Assembly: GCA_963785725.1 (NCBI GenBank)
Contig: CAWAWS010000009.1
Span: 76,314-140,313, forward strand
Origin: an uncultured delta proteobacterium
Lineage (GTDB): Bacteria; Myxococcota_A; Polyangia; Palsa-1104
Length of the DNA: 64,000 nt
Direction of reading: 5' to 3'
In this document: positions 1 to 13,052 of the stretch, one piece after another
Layout of the letters: the number at the start of each line of letters is the position of its first letter
Position numbering within the stretch: the stretch's first letter is position 1
Program-made: the position numbers and the translations under genes
Notes under the pieces: model-generated
The model's input: the letters and a program-made list of their open reading frames with translations, nothing else
What the model was told of the DNA's origin: nothing
Database searches by the model: none

Positions 1-843
<843 letters not shown>

Positions 844-880
844 TCAGCCGCTCGGGGAGTCGGCGACGCGCCGCCGCGGA

Positions 881-1258
881 TCAAGGATTGAAGTCGTTGG
901 TGACGCGGACCTTCAAGTCGATCATGCCGCCTTTGTCGCTCGGGAAGCGGCCGACGACGACGGCGCGACCGCGCGACTGCTCGACGTCGCCGTCGTATTC
1001 GAACGAATGAACGCCCGAGCGCTTGATGGTGCAGTGCAAATTGGGGCCGGCGAAGCGCAGCTGCAGCGCGATCACGTCGCCGTTGTTGCGCATCCACAGC
1101 GTCGACGGCACGCCGTCGCGCGCCACGGCGACGATGAACTCGCCGGCGTCGCTGACGGCGACGTGGACGATCGCTTCGGACGTGCTGACGGGCTCGATGG
1201 CGTGCGCGGCGGGCGACGACAACGAAACGACGAGGGCGAGGGCGGCGAACAGGCGCAT
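881..1258 (-). CDS. Secreted hypothetical protein
   Basis: Signal peptide MRLFAALALVVSLSSPAAHA, AGGAGG RBS upstream, beta-rich mature region. Confidence 0.7.
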   Translation of the reverse strand: MRLFAALALVVSLSSPAAHAIEPVSTSEAIVHVAVSDAGEFIVAVARDGVPSTLWMRNNGDVIALQLRFAGPNLHCTIKRSGVHSFEYDGDVEQSRGRAVVVGRFPSDKGGMIDLKVRVTNDFNP

Positions 1259-1343
1259 GGTGAATCCTCCTGAACTGCCGACATAGCGAGCGCCGTGCCA
1301 CGCGGGAATCCGCGGCGTTGCGGCGCCTGGCGCGACAATTTGG

Positions 1344-2318
1344 CTACTGGCCGAGCGTCACTTGTGTCGAAACACCATTGATGGAGCAGGTGGCCGTCGT
1401 CTGCGTCACGCCGGCGGGCAAGCGGAACGTCGTGACCACGCCGGCGGGCAGCGTCAGCGACGGTTCCCACACCGCCTTGTCGTCGGCCGGGGCCATGATC
1501 GTGACGCGGGGGTCCGCGACCGTCCAGCCGCAGCCCAGGCCGTAGACGGGGCCGAGCGCATCGCTGGGCGTGGCGGTGACGTCGACGAGGTGGTCGTTGC
1601 CGTCGGTGGCGAGCGCCGGCGGCGCGGCGACGGCGGCGAGCGCGACAATCGCCGTCGGCTCCTCGATTCGCAACGTCAGCGCGAAGCTGGGACCGCCGAC
1701 GAGGCCGCCGCTGATGCTGCCGGCGCCGGCGCCGCTGGCGACGACATCGTAGACGCCGTCACCGCTGGGCACGACGCCGACGCCGGCGGAGCCGGCGAGC
1801 GTCGTCGTGCCGATGAGCGCGTTGTCGGCGGCATCGCGCGGCGTGACGGTGAGCGCGACCAGCTCCGAGCTGGCGATGGCGACGCTGCCGTCGGACGACG
1901 GCGAGCCGATCACCGACTCGAGCCGCGTGGCCTGCACGACCGTGACCGTGACCGCGCCGGCGATGCCATCGTGCAGGTCGATCAGCTGCAGCTGCGTGAT
2001 GCCCGGCTGACCGGCGGTGACGGCGACGGCGAGGATGCCCTGGTCGTCGACCGGGCTGCCGACGAACGTGGCGACGCTGGGATCGCTCGACGACACGTGC
2101 GCGATGGCGACCGCGTCCGCGCCCATCGCGATGTCGATTCTCGCGGTCGCGCCGGCGGCCATCGCGTCGTTGCCGACGGAGCAGTCGCTGCGCGTGCAGC
2201 CGTGGAACGTGTAGCTGAGCGCGTTGACGTGGCCGGCGCCGCAGCCGTCGTCGAGGCCGGGGCAGCCGGGCAACATGAAGAGGCCGAGGAGCGCGCTGAG
2301 AACGCCGAAGATTCGCAT
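1344..2318 (-). CDS. Putative lipoprotein with Ig-like beta-sandwich domains
   Basis: Likely start MRIFGVLSALLGLFMLPG-C (lipobox); Big_2-like 'SSSDPSVATF' and 'WTVADPRV' segments. Confidence 0.65.
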   Translation of the reverse strand: MRIFGVLSALLGLFMLPGCPGLDDGCGAGHVNALSYTFHGCTRSDCSVGNDAMAAGATARIDIAMGADAVAIAHVSSSDPSVATFVGSPVDDQGILAVAVTAGQPGITQLQLIDLHDGIAGAVTVTVVQATRLESVIGSPSSDGSVAIASSELVALTVTPRDAADNALIGTTTLAGSAGVGVVPSGDGVYDVVASGAGAGSISGGLVGGPSFALTLRIEEPTAIVALAAVAAPPALATDGNDHLVDVTATPSDALGPVYGLGCGWTVADPRVTIMAPADDKAVWEPSLTLPAGVVTTFRLPAGVTQTTATCSINGVSTQVTLGQ

Positions 2319-2444
2319 GCCGGCCGCCATTACCAGCGTCGTGCCAGCAGGGCGGTGACGCGAATTCACGTAGTTGCGCGCGGCAAACGCGTCACGATCG
2401 CGGCGTGACTGTCGCAGCCGCAGCCGGCGCAGCGGCCGCTTCGG

Positions 2445-3584
2445 CTACTGCGAGCGCTTGTATTCGTCGCCGGAGAACTGGTAGCGCGCGTGGCGGCCGT
2501 CGGGTGTCGTCGCCCACGGCAACAGGACGGGGATGATGTCGCCCGGCGGTGACTCGGGCCAGGTCGCCGCCGAGGCGCCCTCGGCGCGCGTGGCGTCGAT
2601 GACGATGTCGTTGGCGCGCCCGCGCTTGACGAACGCGACCTTGTTCTCGACGCGCCCTTTGTCGATCGACTTGCCGACCTCGGCCGCGAAGACGCGACGA
2701 ATGTCGGAGTCGCCGAGCATGCGGTAGACGGCGAGCACCTCGTGGCCGTAGCCGCCGCCCTTCTCGGAATAGCGCACGACGACCGCCTGCCGACCGTCGC
2801 CGGCGAGGTCCAACAAGCGCGCATCCTTGACGTCGCTGCGCCCTTTGACGGGCAGCTCGGTGAAGACGTAGCCGTCGCCGATGAAGCCCAAGAAGCGGCC
2901 GGCCAAGACGACGCGCGCGCCGGTCTTGCCGTCGAGCCGCGCGTTCTGATCGAACCAAATGTCGCTGTGGCCGAGCTTGCAATCGGTCAAGAACGCGTCG
3001 AGCTGCCCGCCGCCGCCGCCGGCGTCGTTGAAGACGATGTTGCCGGTGACGCCGACGGTGCGCTCGGTCTTCATCTGCACTTTGGAGTCGCTGTCGGCGA
3101 ACTGCGCGTCGAGCGCGATGGGCATGCCGGCGCGATAGCCGGGAATGGTCGCCATCGGAATCGCCAGCTCGACGGCCCAGCCGCGCTCCTGCAGCGCCGA
3201 CACCGCCTTGAGCTTCGCCGGCTTCGATCCCCAGCGCGCCACCGTCGGAATGTCGCGCGCGTTGCCGGGATAGACGAGCAGCGGATGGCCGTTGAACCCG
3301 AGCGACAGGTGATCTTCGCCCGGATGGCCCGGCCGCGTGCGCACCAGATAGTTGTCGCGCACGTCGACGAGCAGCAGCATCGTCTTGCCGTCCTCGACGT
3401 TGCATTTGATCGTGAACGACGCGTTCGAATCCCTCGCGTTGGCGTCGAGGCCTTCGACGTCGTTCCAGTCGTCGACGAGGCCGTCGAGCTGGACGGTCCC
3501 CTTCTCGGCCGGACCGCAAGGGAGATCGGCTGCCGACGCTGGCGTGGCGGCCAAGAGCGCGCAAAGCCCAATGGCGTGCTTCAT
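2445..3584 (-). CDS. Secreted protein with CBM9/DOMON-like sugar-binding N-terminal domain
   Basis: Signal peptide; 'LDGLVDDW' and 'WAVELAIP' motifs; FG-GAP-like 'DLAGDGRQ'. Confidence 0.6.
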   Translation of the reverse strand: MKHAIGLCALLAATPASAADLPCGPAEKGTVQLDGLVDDWNDVEGLDANARDSNASFTIKCNVEDGKTMLLLVDVRDNYLVRTRPGHPGEDHLSLGFNGHPLLVYPGNARDIPTVARWGSKPAKLKAVSALQERGWAVELAIPMATIPGYRAGMPIALDAQFADSDSKVQMKTERTVGVTGNIVFNDAGGGGGQLDAFLTDCKLGHSDIWFDQNARLDGKTGARVVLAGRFLGFIGDGYVFTELPVKGRSDVKDARLLDLAGDGRQAVVVRYSEKGGGYGHEVLAVYRMLGDSDIRRVFAAEVGKSIDKGRVENKVAFVKRGRANDIVIDATRAEGASAATWPESPPGDIIPVLLPWATTPDGRHARYQFSGDEYKRSQ

Positions 3585-3614
3585 TGGGCGCGCAGTATAT
3601 GCTAGACCACCCCA

Positions 3615-5215
<1,601 letters not shown>

Positions 5216-5583
5216 CGCCCGCGCGGGCGACGGTCGCGAGCGGGGCCGTCCCGCTCGGAGCCGCGCTCGCGGCGTCGTATTTCCGCGATCCACCCAGCCT
5301 CGCCAGTCGCTCTCGCAATCAAGATGCCGCGTCCGCGCTCGCGACGTGTTGGCGCGCCGCAGCGCGACGCGGTCGACGACTCGCGGCGGCCTCGCGCCTC
5401 GGCGCTGCGACAGCATCGCGCGGCGATCCGGGCGCGCGGAATTCGCGGGCGACCGCTTGCGTCCAGGCGGCGACCGTACGGTTCGCAGCATCCTGCCGCT
5501 GGGGAATTCGCCGGCGACGGCTCCGTCCGAGCAGCGACGGCATGGCTCGCGGCGATCGCGCGGCTCGGCGACGGGCTACGACG

Positions 5584-5940
5584 TCAATGCGGTGGCAGGA
5601 GTTGCGCGCGGCGCATGTCGTCGCCGCCTTGGCAGTAGACGACGATGCCCATCGTCAGCGTGATATCGAGGACGAAGTTGCCCGCGACGCCGCTCCATAA
5701 GAGCGCCTTGTCGGTCGAGTCCTTGGGCGTGAGGCTCCAGCCTGCGCGGCCGAGGCCGGTGAACGTCAGCGCCGTCGTCGCCGCGTCGAGCAGGCTGCCG
5801 ACGGCGATGAGCGACGCGCCCAGCACCTTCTTTTGATGACCGTCGCGGGCTAGTCGCGCGCGGTCGCCTTCGTCGGCGCGCGCACGTTGCGGAGGCGATG
5901 CCAGCAGCAGCAGACCGCACGCGAGCGACCGGAACCGCAT
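5584..5940 (-). CDS. Hypothetical membrane protein
   Basis: Signal-like N-terminus plus two hydrophobic segments; TGcTATCGT -10-like box 6 nt before ATG. Confidence 0.6.
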   Translation of the reverse strand: MRFRSLACGLLLLASPPQRARADEGDRARLARDGHQKKVLGASLIAVGSLLDAATTALTFTGLGRAGWSLTPKDSTDKALLWSGVAGNFVLDITLTMGIVVYCQGGDDMRRAQLLPPH

Positions 5941-6055
5941 GCGTCGACGATAGCAGATCGCGCCGATCGCGATCGGCTACGGCTCACGTCGCCCGCGGGG
6001 CTTCACGCTTCCGAGCGGTTTCGCACGAGCGCCACCTGGATTTGTCGGTGCAAGC

Positions 6056-6712
6056 TCATCGCGCGGCTGCTCGCGATGCGTTTGCCGCGGTGAACTCGGC
6101 CACGCGACGGCAAACCTCGTCGGAATCGGCGCCGGCGAAGAAGTGGCCGCGACCGGGCAGCACGTCGAGACGCACGGACGGTCGGTCGGCGGCCCAGCCG
6201 GCCAGGCGATCGATCTCGCTGAATTGATCGGCATCGCCGCTGACGAACAGCCATGGCAAGCGTCGATCGAGCGCGCGTAAGAGGTCGCCGACGCGCGCGG
6301 CATCTTGGCCGAGAATCGTCGTCGGGAAACCGACGGCCGCCAGCGATGTCACCGAGGTGCCGGCGGCGATCGCCCGCGCCGCCATGAGCGCGCCGAAGGA
6401 GTAGCCGACCAGCGCCACTTCCGCCGCGCCATGGCTGCGCGCCCAGTCGACGGCCGCCGCCACGTCTTCGTGCTCGGCCAAGCCGCCCGTCGGCGCGCCG
6501 CCCGAGCCGTCGAGGCCGCGGAAGTTGAACCGCAGCGTCGACCAGCCCGCGGCCGCGAGCGCGTCGGCGAGATCGAGGACGAGCGGCGTGTCCATGCGTC
6601 CGCCGAACGCCGGATGCGGGTGGCAGACGACGGCCATGGGCGCGTTCGGTCGCCAGTCGACTTCGGCCGCGAGCGTAAAGCCGGCAGCGACGGGGATCTT
6701 GGCCTCGGTCAT
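6056..6712 (-). CDS. Alpha/beta-fold hydrolase
   Basis: CHPHPAFGGRMD, RFNFRG, nucleophile elbow GYSFG, C-terminal GHFF. Confidence 0.9.
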   Translation of the reverse strand: MTEAKIPVAAGFTLAAEVDWRPNAPMAVVCHPHPAFGGRMDTPLVLDLADALAAAGWSTLRFNFRGLDGSGGAPTGGLAEHEDVAAAVDWARSHGAAEVALVGYSFGALMAARAIAAGTSVTSLAAVGFPTTILGQDAARVGDLLRALDRRLPWLFVSGDADQFSEIDRLAGWAADRPSVRLDVLPGRGHFFAGADSDEVCRRVAEFTAANASRAAAR

Positions 6713-6722
6713 CCTCGCCTCG

Positions 6723-7592
6723 TCATAAGAGCACGTACAAGAGGCCGCCCAACGCCACCAGCGCCGCCAGTACGCCGACGACGACGAGGAGCAGCTCGGG
6801 ACGTCGCGCGACCGCGATCGGCTGCGACACCGACGCCGGCGACTGCGACGACCCGGCCGCCTCCGCCTCCAGCTTGCGCAGATAGACCTCGGCCGGATCG
6901 TGATAGCGCATCGAGGTCGCGCCCAACGTCACCGTCGCGCCGTCGTGCAGCTGACGGGCGCCCGAGACCTGCTCGCCGTCGACGCTGAGGACATGCGCAT
7001 CGACGGCGCGAGCGCTCACGCCTAGCTCGTCGCGCACGAGCGCCGCGTGCTCGCGCCACATGTCGACGTCGTCGAGCCTCAAGTCGTTGCCGGCGGCGCG
7101 GCCGAGAATGTACGTGCGACCGACGTCGGCCAAGATCAAGACGACGCCCGTTTGCGGCCCATCGAGCACGCGCAGCGACGGCTGCGACTCGCCGGGCCCG
7201 AGCCGCTCGAGGAGATCGCGCACCATGCCGCGCGCCATCGACAGCGAGCTCTCCGGCCGCGCTTCCGTGCTCGACGGCGGCAGCGACACCTGCAACGCAT
7301 ACTCGCCGATGCTGATGCGATCGCCCTCCTGCAGCCGCTGTCGCAAGCCGTTCGCCACCGGCGTGCCGTTCAGCCGCGTGCCGTTGGTCGAGTTGTCGTC
7401 GACGAGCCAATATTCGCCTTTGCGCCGCTCGATGCGCGCATGCACCAACGAGACGCGGGCATCGGGCAGGAGCACGTCGACGCCACCGCGACGACCGAGC
7501 AGGATCTGCGCGCGATCGGCGTCGAATTCGTAGCGGAATACGCGACGCGATCCGCTGTCGTTGCTCGCGCTCACCTCCAGTCTCAACGGCAC
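6723..7592 (-). CDS. Tandem-FHA protein with C-terminal membrane anchor
   Basis: FHA1: LLGRR..VSLVHA..STNGTRLNG; degenerate FHA2: ILGRAAGNDL; hydrophobic C-terminus. Confidence 0.85.
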   Translation of the reverse strand: MPLRLEVSASNDSGSRRVFRYEFDADRAQILLGRRGGVDVLLPDARVSLVHARIERRKGEYWLVDDNSTNGTRLNGTPVANGLRQRLQEGDRISIGEYALQVSLPPSSTEARPESSLSMARGMVRDLLERLGPGESQPSLRVLDGPQTGVVLILADVGRTYILGRAAGNDLRLDDVDMWREHAALVRDELGVSARAVDAHVLSVDGEQVSGARQLHDGATVTLGATSMRYHDPAEVYLRKLEAEAAGSSQSPASVSQPIAVARRPELLLVVVGVLAALVALGGLLYVLL

Positions 7593-7604
7593 GCCCCCAT
7601 CATG

Positions 7605-9980
7605 CTAGCGCGACGGCACGGCGGCAATATGGCCGTTTCCGTCGAGCGTCACGCTCACGCCGCCGTCGCGATCGGTGCGCAAGAGGCGCGCGCCGACCTC
7701 GAGCCAACGCGCGACCACGCCCGGATTGGGAAAGCCCCAACGATTACGCTCGCCGACGGACACCACCGCCAACGACGGATGCGTCGCGGCGACGAACGGC
7801 GCCGTCGAGGACGTCTTCGATCCGTGGTGCGGCACTTTGACCACGTCGGCGGCGAGCGTCGGTCCGGCGCGGGCGAGCACGGCCGATTCGCCGTCGGCTT
7901 CGAGGTCGCCGGCGAACAGGATGCGGCGGCCGCGCCAGCGCACGTCGACGACGAGCGAGTTGTCGTTTTCACTGCGCGCGAGGTCCGTCGCCAGCGCGCC
8001 GGTCTCGTCGAACGGCGCCAGCGGCGCGATCAGCGCGCCACCGAGATCGAGCGGTCGCGGCCGCCCGATCGGCACGCCGTGTCGCGCCGCCGCGGCCAAG
8101 AGCGCGCGCGTGCCCGGCTGCTCGGTCGGCTGGCCGTTCGTCCACACTTCACCGACGGGAAACTGCTCGATGAGCGTCGCCAGGCCATTGGCGTGATCGG
8201 GATGCGGATGCGACAGAACGATGAGGTCGATGCGATCGATGCCGCGTCGCCACAAGAAGGGCACGATCACTTGCTTGCCGGGATCGAAGCCGGGATCGAA
8301 CGAGCCGCCGCCGTCGACGACGAGGACGCGACCGCGCGGCAGCTCGACGACACAGGCATCCCCTTGGCCGACGTCGAGGAAGGTGGCGGTGACCGTCCGC
8401 GAGGTCAGCCGCATGAGCTTGCGCGCGCCCATCGACGCCGTCACCAGCAGCGTACACACCGTCACGACGCGCCAGCTGCGCCGGCCGTGGAGGACGATCG
8501 CCGCCAGCCCGACGTACCACACGACGATCTCGGGCCAGATCGGCTGCGCCACCCGCCACGCCGGCGCTACGCTCGCGAACGCCAACGTAAAGCGCGCCAT
8601 CGCACGCGACAGCAGGCCCGCCAACGCCAGCAGCGTCGACGCGCCCGGCAAGTGCAGCAGCGCCAAGAGGCAGCCGACGAGACCGACCGGCACGATGCCC
8701 AGCTCCGACAGCGGCACGACCACGAGGTTGGAGAGGATGCCTGCCGGCGCCAGCTGCGAGAAATGCCAGGCCGCGATCGGCGCCGTCGCGACGATGGCGG
8801 CCGCCGAAGCCGCGACGAGCCGCAGCGCCCAGCGCGCCAGCCGACGCGGCCATCGGCCGCCGCGACCCGTCGGTGACCAGCGCCGCGCCAGCGAGCCGGT
8901 GCCGAGCGCAGCGGCAAAAGACAGCTGAAACGACGGATCGAACAGCTCCAACGGCGACGCGGACAGGATGACGAGCGCCGCGATCGCCAGCGCTTGCACG
9001 GCGGTCGTGCGCCGGCCGAGGGCGACGGCGCCGAGCCAGACCAGCGCCACGACGCACGAGCGCACCGTCGCCACCGCGGCGCCGGTCAAGAGCGTGTACA
9101 GGAGCACGGCCGGCATGGCGGCGGCGGCGGCATAAGGCTGCACCGGTCGCGCCGCGGCCAGCGACGGCAGACGAACCAAGAGGCGACGCAAACCGACGTA
9201 GAACAGGAACGCCGCCATCGCCAGATGCAGGCCGCTCACCGACAGGACGTGCGAGACGCCGGCGGTGCGAAAGGCGTCGTCGAGCGGCGGCCGAATGTCG
9301 CCCCGGTCGCCGAGCACCAGCGACGACACGAGCGCCTCGGCGTCGCCGTCGAGCCGGGCGCGCACGTCGGCCAGCATGCGAGCGCGCCAATCGGCCACCA
9401 GACGCGCGAGACTGCGTTCGGGAGGTCGCGCCAAGCGCGACAGCGCCGCCGCGTGTGCGCTGCCCGTCGCCGCGATGCCGTCGGCCGCGGCGCGCCGGCT
9501 GGTGTCGGGCGCGCCCGGGTTGATGAAGCCGCGCGGCGCCCGCAGCCGCGTCGTCGCCCGCACCCAATCGCCCGGCAAGAGCGGCTCGAGCGGCGGACCA
9601 TCGAGCATCATTAATACGCGCACATTCACGCGGCGCCGCTCGGACTGCCGCTCGACCGCGACGAGATCGATCGGCACACGTACGCCGCCCGTCGAACGCT
9701 CGGGCGCGGCCGCCACTTCGCCTTCGATCGTCCACGGCTCACCGTCGAGCAGCTCGAGCGGCGGCCGCGGTCGCGCGCCCGCTACCGCCAACGCGCCGAG
9801 CGCGAGCGACAGCGCGATCGCCGACACGCCGACGCGACTGCCGCGCCGCCGCGCCAGCAGGAGCGCCGCCGTCGCTGCCCCAGTCGCCGCCAGCGCCGCG
9901 CCGACGCCGGCCTGCGACCACTCGCCGGCGGCAACACCGACGACGAAGGCGAGCGAAACGAGCGAGAGCGCATCGAGCAT
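7605..9980 (-). CDS. comEC: DNA internalization competence protein ComEC/Rec2
   Basis: GVSHVLSVSGLH, SFQLSF, FLDVGQGDA, SHPHPDHANG, NDNS, KVPHHGS. Confidence 0.96.
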   Translation of the reverse strand: MLDALSLVSLAFVVGVAAGEWSQAGVGAALAATGAATAALLLARRRGSRVGVSAIALSLALGALAVAGARPRPPLELLDGEPWTIEGEVAAAPERSTGGVRVPIDLVAVERQSERRRVNVRVLMMLDGPPLEPLLPGDWVRATTRLRAPRGFINPGAPDTSRRAAADGIAATGSAHAAALSRLARPPERSLARLVADWRARMLADVRARLDGDAEALVSSLVLGDRGDIRPPLDDAFRTAGVSHVLSVSGLHLAMAAFLFYVGLRRLLVRLPSLAAARPVQPYAAAAAMPAVLLYTLLTGAAVATVRSCVVALVWLGAVALGRRTTAVQALAIAALVILSASPLELFDPSFQLSFAAALGTGSLARRWSPTGRGGRWPRRLARWALRLVAASAAAIVATAPIAAWHFSQLAPAGILSNLVVVPLSELGIVPVGLVGCLLALLHLPGASTLLALAGLLSRAMARFTLAFASVAPAWRVAQPIWPEIVVWYVGLAAIVLHGRRSWRVVTVCTLLVTASMGARKLMRLTSRTVTATFLDVGQGDACVVELPRGRVLVVDGGGSFDPGFDPGKQVIVPFLWRRGIDRIDLIVLSHPHPDHANGLATLIEQFPVGEVWTNGQPTEQPGTRALLAAAARHGVPIGRPRPLDLGGALIAPLAPFDETGALATDLARSENDNSLVVDVRWRGRRILFAGDLEADGESAVLARAGPTLAADVVKVPHHGSKTSSTAPFVAATHPSLAVVSVGERNRWGFPNPGVVARWLEVGARLLRTDRDGGVSVTLDGNGHIAAVPSR

Positions 9981-10343
9981 GCGAGACTTATCGGCGGGCG
10001 CAAAAAGAAGTTGCTAGGTGGCGACGAATTATTATTTTCGCGCGAGCAGGAAACTTTTTTTCGCAGCTCGCGATAATTCACCCGTCATGGCAAAGCGCTG
10101 CGTCAAACGGGCCGGCCCGACGGCACCGACTGTCTCCGGCAGGGTCGGTCGCGCGCCGCTCGCTTCGGCGGGTCGGCTCGGGTATGGTCGGCGCCGCACC
10201 CCATGCATGATGCTCGCCCGAAACAATCCTTCGCCGATGCCCACCGTCGACCAGCGAGCGCGTCCGACCGCGCAGGCCATTGACCGATGAAGGACCTCCG
10301 GTATCATCGTAAGACTCGGGGAAGGCTCGCCCCGGAGGGTGTG

Positions 10344-11006
10344 ATGGTCCGCGTGGGGCTCATCGCGATTCTCGTGGCTCTCGCAGCGACCGCGTCGGCG
10401 ACGCCGGTTCGCGGCACGATCGCGTTGCCGGCCGAGCCGCGCGCGCCCGATCATGACGCGCATTGGCGAGTGGAAAACGGCGTGATCGGCATCGGACCAC
10501 GCGTGCCCGATCCGCGGCTCGACGTCATCGTCGCCTTCGACGGCGCGGCGCCCAAGGATGCCAAGGTGCCGAACGCGACCGTCGAGCTGCACGGGCTACG
10601 GCTCGATCCGCGCGTCGTCGTCGTGCCGGTGGGCGGCTCGGTCGAATTCAAGAACAGCGATCGCGTGCCGCACACATTATATATCGAGCATGCGACGTCG
10701 CTGATGAAGCCGGAGCCGACACCCTCGCAGCAAGCGCGCACGCAAAAGTTCTATGCGGCGGGCGAATATCGCGTGCGCGACGAGGAATTTCCGCATATCG
10801 ATGGGGATGTCATCGTCTTGCAGACGCCGTGGTTCGCGCGGCTCGACGACAAAGGGCAGTTCAAGATCGAGCTGCCCGAAGGGAAATATACGCTGCGGGT
10901 CTTCTGGCACGACAAGTGGGTGGTGACGCAGCCGCTCGAAGTGGGGGCGAAGCAGGCGGAGGTCACCATCCAGGTGCCGGCGATAGCGACGGGGGCCAAG
11001 CCGTAG
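10344..11006 (+). CDS. Secreted protein with cupredoxin-like and carboxypeptidase-regulatory-like beta domains
   Basis: Signal peptide; 'PRVVVVPVGGSVEFKNSDRVPHTL' and 'DDKGQFKIELPEGKYTLRVFW'; its stop abuts the next ATG. Confidence 0.65.
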   Translation: MVRVGLIAILVALAATASATPVRGTIALPAEPRAPDHDAHWRVENGVIGIGPRVPDPRLDVIVAFDGAAPKDAKVPNATVELHGLRLDPRVVVVPVGGSVEFKNSDRVPHTLYIEHATSLMKPEPTPSQQARTQKFYAAGEYRVRDEEFPHIDGDVIVLQTPWFARLDDKGQFKIELPEGKYTLRVFWHDKWVVTQPLEVGAKQAEVTIQVPAIATGAKP

Positions 11007-13052
11007 ATGTTCTGGTCCAAGACGTGGTTCTTCCTGATTGCGCTCGTCGGTGCGTTGGCAGTGGCGGTGGCGTTGTTGGCGACGCGGCCGCTGCAGCGCG
11101 ATCTCGAGCGTGAGACGGGCGCGCGCCTCGAACGCGCCCAGCATTCGGCGTCGCTCCTCCTCAAGGTCAATGCGCGCAAGTGGATCGACACGGCGGCGCA
11201 GGTGGCGACGGACGCGGTGCTCGTCGAGGCGCTCGATCAGGCGACCAAAGGGCCGGCCGATCTGGGCCTCGTGCATCGGACGGTGCAAGAGCGGCTCAAG
11301 TATTTCAACGACAAGATGAAGGTGGATCTCGTCATGGCCACCGACGCGCACGGGCGGGTGATCGCGCGCGCCGGGCTCGACGACAGCGTGTACAAAGACG
11401 GCGTCGAGGGGTTTCCGCTCGTCGCCGATGCGCTGCGCGGCTATCGCGGCGACGACACGTGGTCGCAGGGCGGCAAGCTCTATCGCGTCGCGGCGTCGCC
11501 GGTCATCCGCGCCGATCGTTATGTCGGCGCGCTCGTCGTCGGACAAGAGGCGGCGGGCGAGCTGGCGCAGTCGATGAAGCGGGTGCTCGACGTCGACGTG
11601 GCGTTCCTCTTGCGCGGTCGCGTGCTGGCGGCGTCGGCGCAGATGCCGCTGCTCGGGCAGCTGCCGCTCTTGGTCGATCAACATTACGACGAGATGATGG
11701 CGAGCGGGCGGTCGATGCCGCTGGCGGTCGATCAGGGTGGCGAGTCGTATCTGGTGGTGATCGCGCCCTTCGTGGGCGAGGCGGCGGAGCACAAGGCGGC
11801 CTACGCGCTGGTCGTGCCGCGGACGCCGGCGGTGACGCTGCAGTATCTGCTGGAGCAGCTGCTGCAGACGGATCCGAAGACGCTGCCGTGGGTGCAGCTG
11901 GCACCGATCGGCGGCGCGCTGTTGTTGGCGCTCATTATCGGCTTTCTGATGATGCGGCTGGAGGCGCTGCGGCCGCTCAAGCGGCTGGCGCGCGATGCGC
12001 AGGCGTTGGCGCGTGGCGACATTGCGCGGCTCGACGACGACCGCCATCCGGGCAAGTTCGGGACGGTGGCGCGCGCGCTCAACACGACGCTCGATCGGCT
12101 GGGATCGGCGCCGCGGGCGCAGCGCGAGAGCAGCCGCAGCTTGGCGCCGGAGACGTCGTATTCGCGCGAGACGATCGCCGAGCCGTACGCAGCGGCGCGG
12201 CAGGAGCAGCTGGCGCAGCAGCCGCGGCAAGAGTACGCGCCGCCGCCGCGCCAGGAGTTTGCGCCACCGCCGCCGCCGCGGCAGGAGCTGGCGCCGCGGC
12301 AAGAGGCGTTCGCGCCGCCGCCGCCGCCGCCGATACCGCGGCATGATCCGTATGCCGTGACGCGCGCGGCGTCGCCGCAAGCGCAACCGATGAGCTTGCC
12401 GCGACAGACGGATCTGGAGGCGCCGTCGGTGCCGGAGTTCGACTCGCGGGCGACCATGGCGCGGCCGCGACCGCAGCTCGACGCCATACCGATGCAGCGC
12501 GACGACCGGCCCGACTCGGGTGAGCTCAGGCCGACGCAGGTGCGCATCGACTCGCGTAACTCGATGGCGGCGCCGCCACCGCCGCCGTCGCTGGTGCAGA
12601 GCCGCGATCAGACGGATCCGCACGACGCCGGGCCCGACTTCGTGGAGTCGACGATCTCGCCGCTCGGGCATCGCACGCCGCCGCCGAGCCCGTCGCCGCT
12701 GGGCAACGTGGGGCCGATCGGCGGCAAGGATTCGTTCGACGATCAGACGGCGGTCGCGAGCCCGTCGGAGGCGCTGTTGCGGGCGGCGGCGCGCGACATC
12801 TCGCAGGTGGGGCCGAACCCCGTCGAGGCGGCGGCCTTGGAGGCGGAGTTTCGCCAGGTCTATCGCGACTTCATCGAGACGAAGCAGGCGTGCGGCGAGG
12901 CCATCGAAGGCATCACGTACGATAAATTCTCGGGCAAGCTGCGCAACAATCGGCAGCAGCTCATCACGCGCTATTCGTGCAAGACGGTGAAGTTCCAGGT
13001 CTACATCAAGGACGGCAAGGCGGCGCTGAAGGCGACGCCGGTGACGGCCTAG
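11007..13052 (+). CDS. MXAN_5187-family membrane protein (periplasmic sensor-like region, HAMP, Pro-rich linker, conserved C-terminal domain)
   Basis: Two TM helices, HAMP 'RPLKRLARDA..LARGD', C-terminus 'VYRDFIETKQACGE..YDKF..VKFQVYIKDGKAALKATP'. Confidence 0.8.
   Translation: MFWSKTWFFLIALVGALAVAVALLATRPLQRDLERETGARLERAQHSASLLLKVNARKWIDTAAQVATDAVLVEALDQATKGPADLGLVHRTVQERLKYFNDKMKVDLVMATDAHGRVIARAGLDDSVYKDGVEGFPLVADALRGYRGDDTWSQGGKLYRVAASPVIRADRYVGALVVGQEAAGELAQSMKRVLDVDVAFLLRGRVLAASAQMPLLGQLPLLVDQHYDEMMASGRSMPLAVDQGGESYLVVIAPFVGEAAEHKAAYALVVPRTPAVTLQYLLEQLLQTDPKTLPWVQLAPIGGALLLALIIGFLMMRLEALRPLKRLARDAQALARGDIARLDDDRHPGKFGTVARALNTTLDRLGSAPRAQRESSRSLAPETSYSRETIAEPYAAARQEQLAQQPRQEYAPPPRQEFAPPPPPRQELAPRQEAFAPPPPPPIPRHDPYAVTRAASPQAQPMSLPRQTDLEAPSVPEFDSRATMARPRPQLDAIPMQRDDRPDSGELRPTQVRIDSRNSMAAPPPPPSLVQSRDQTDPHDAGPDFVESTISPLGHRTPPPSPSPLGNVGPIGGKDSFDDQTAVASPSEALLRAAARDISQVGPNPVEAAALEAEFRQVYRDFIETKQACGEAIEGITYDKFSGKLRNNRQQLITRYSCKTVKFQVYIKDGKAALKATPVTA

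Noticed and set aside
5216..5583. SRP RNA (ffs) or a small gene downstream of ffh
   Set aside because: No CAGG-GGAA-GCAGC SRP helix motif; the ORFs here look like GC-rich shadow frames.
9990..10085. AT-rich imperfect inverted repeat upstream of comEC as an ncRNA
   Set aside because: Pairing is partial; more simply the divergent promoter region. No RNA family features recognised.
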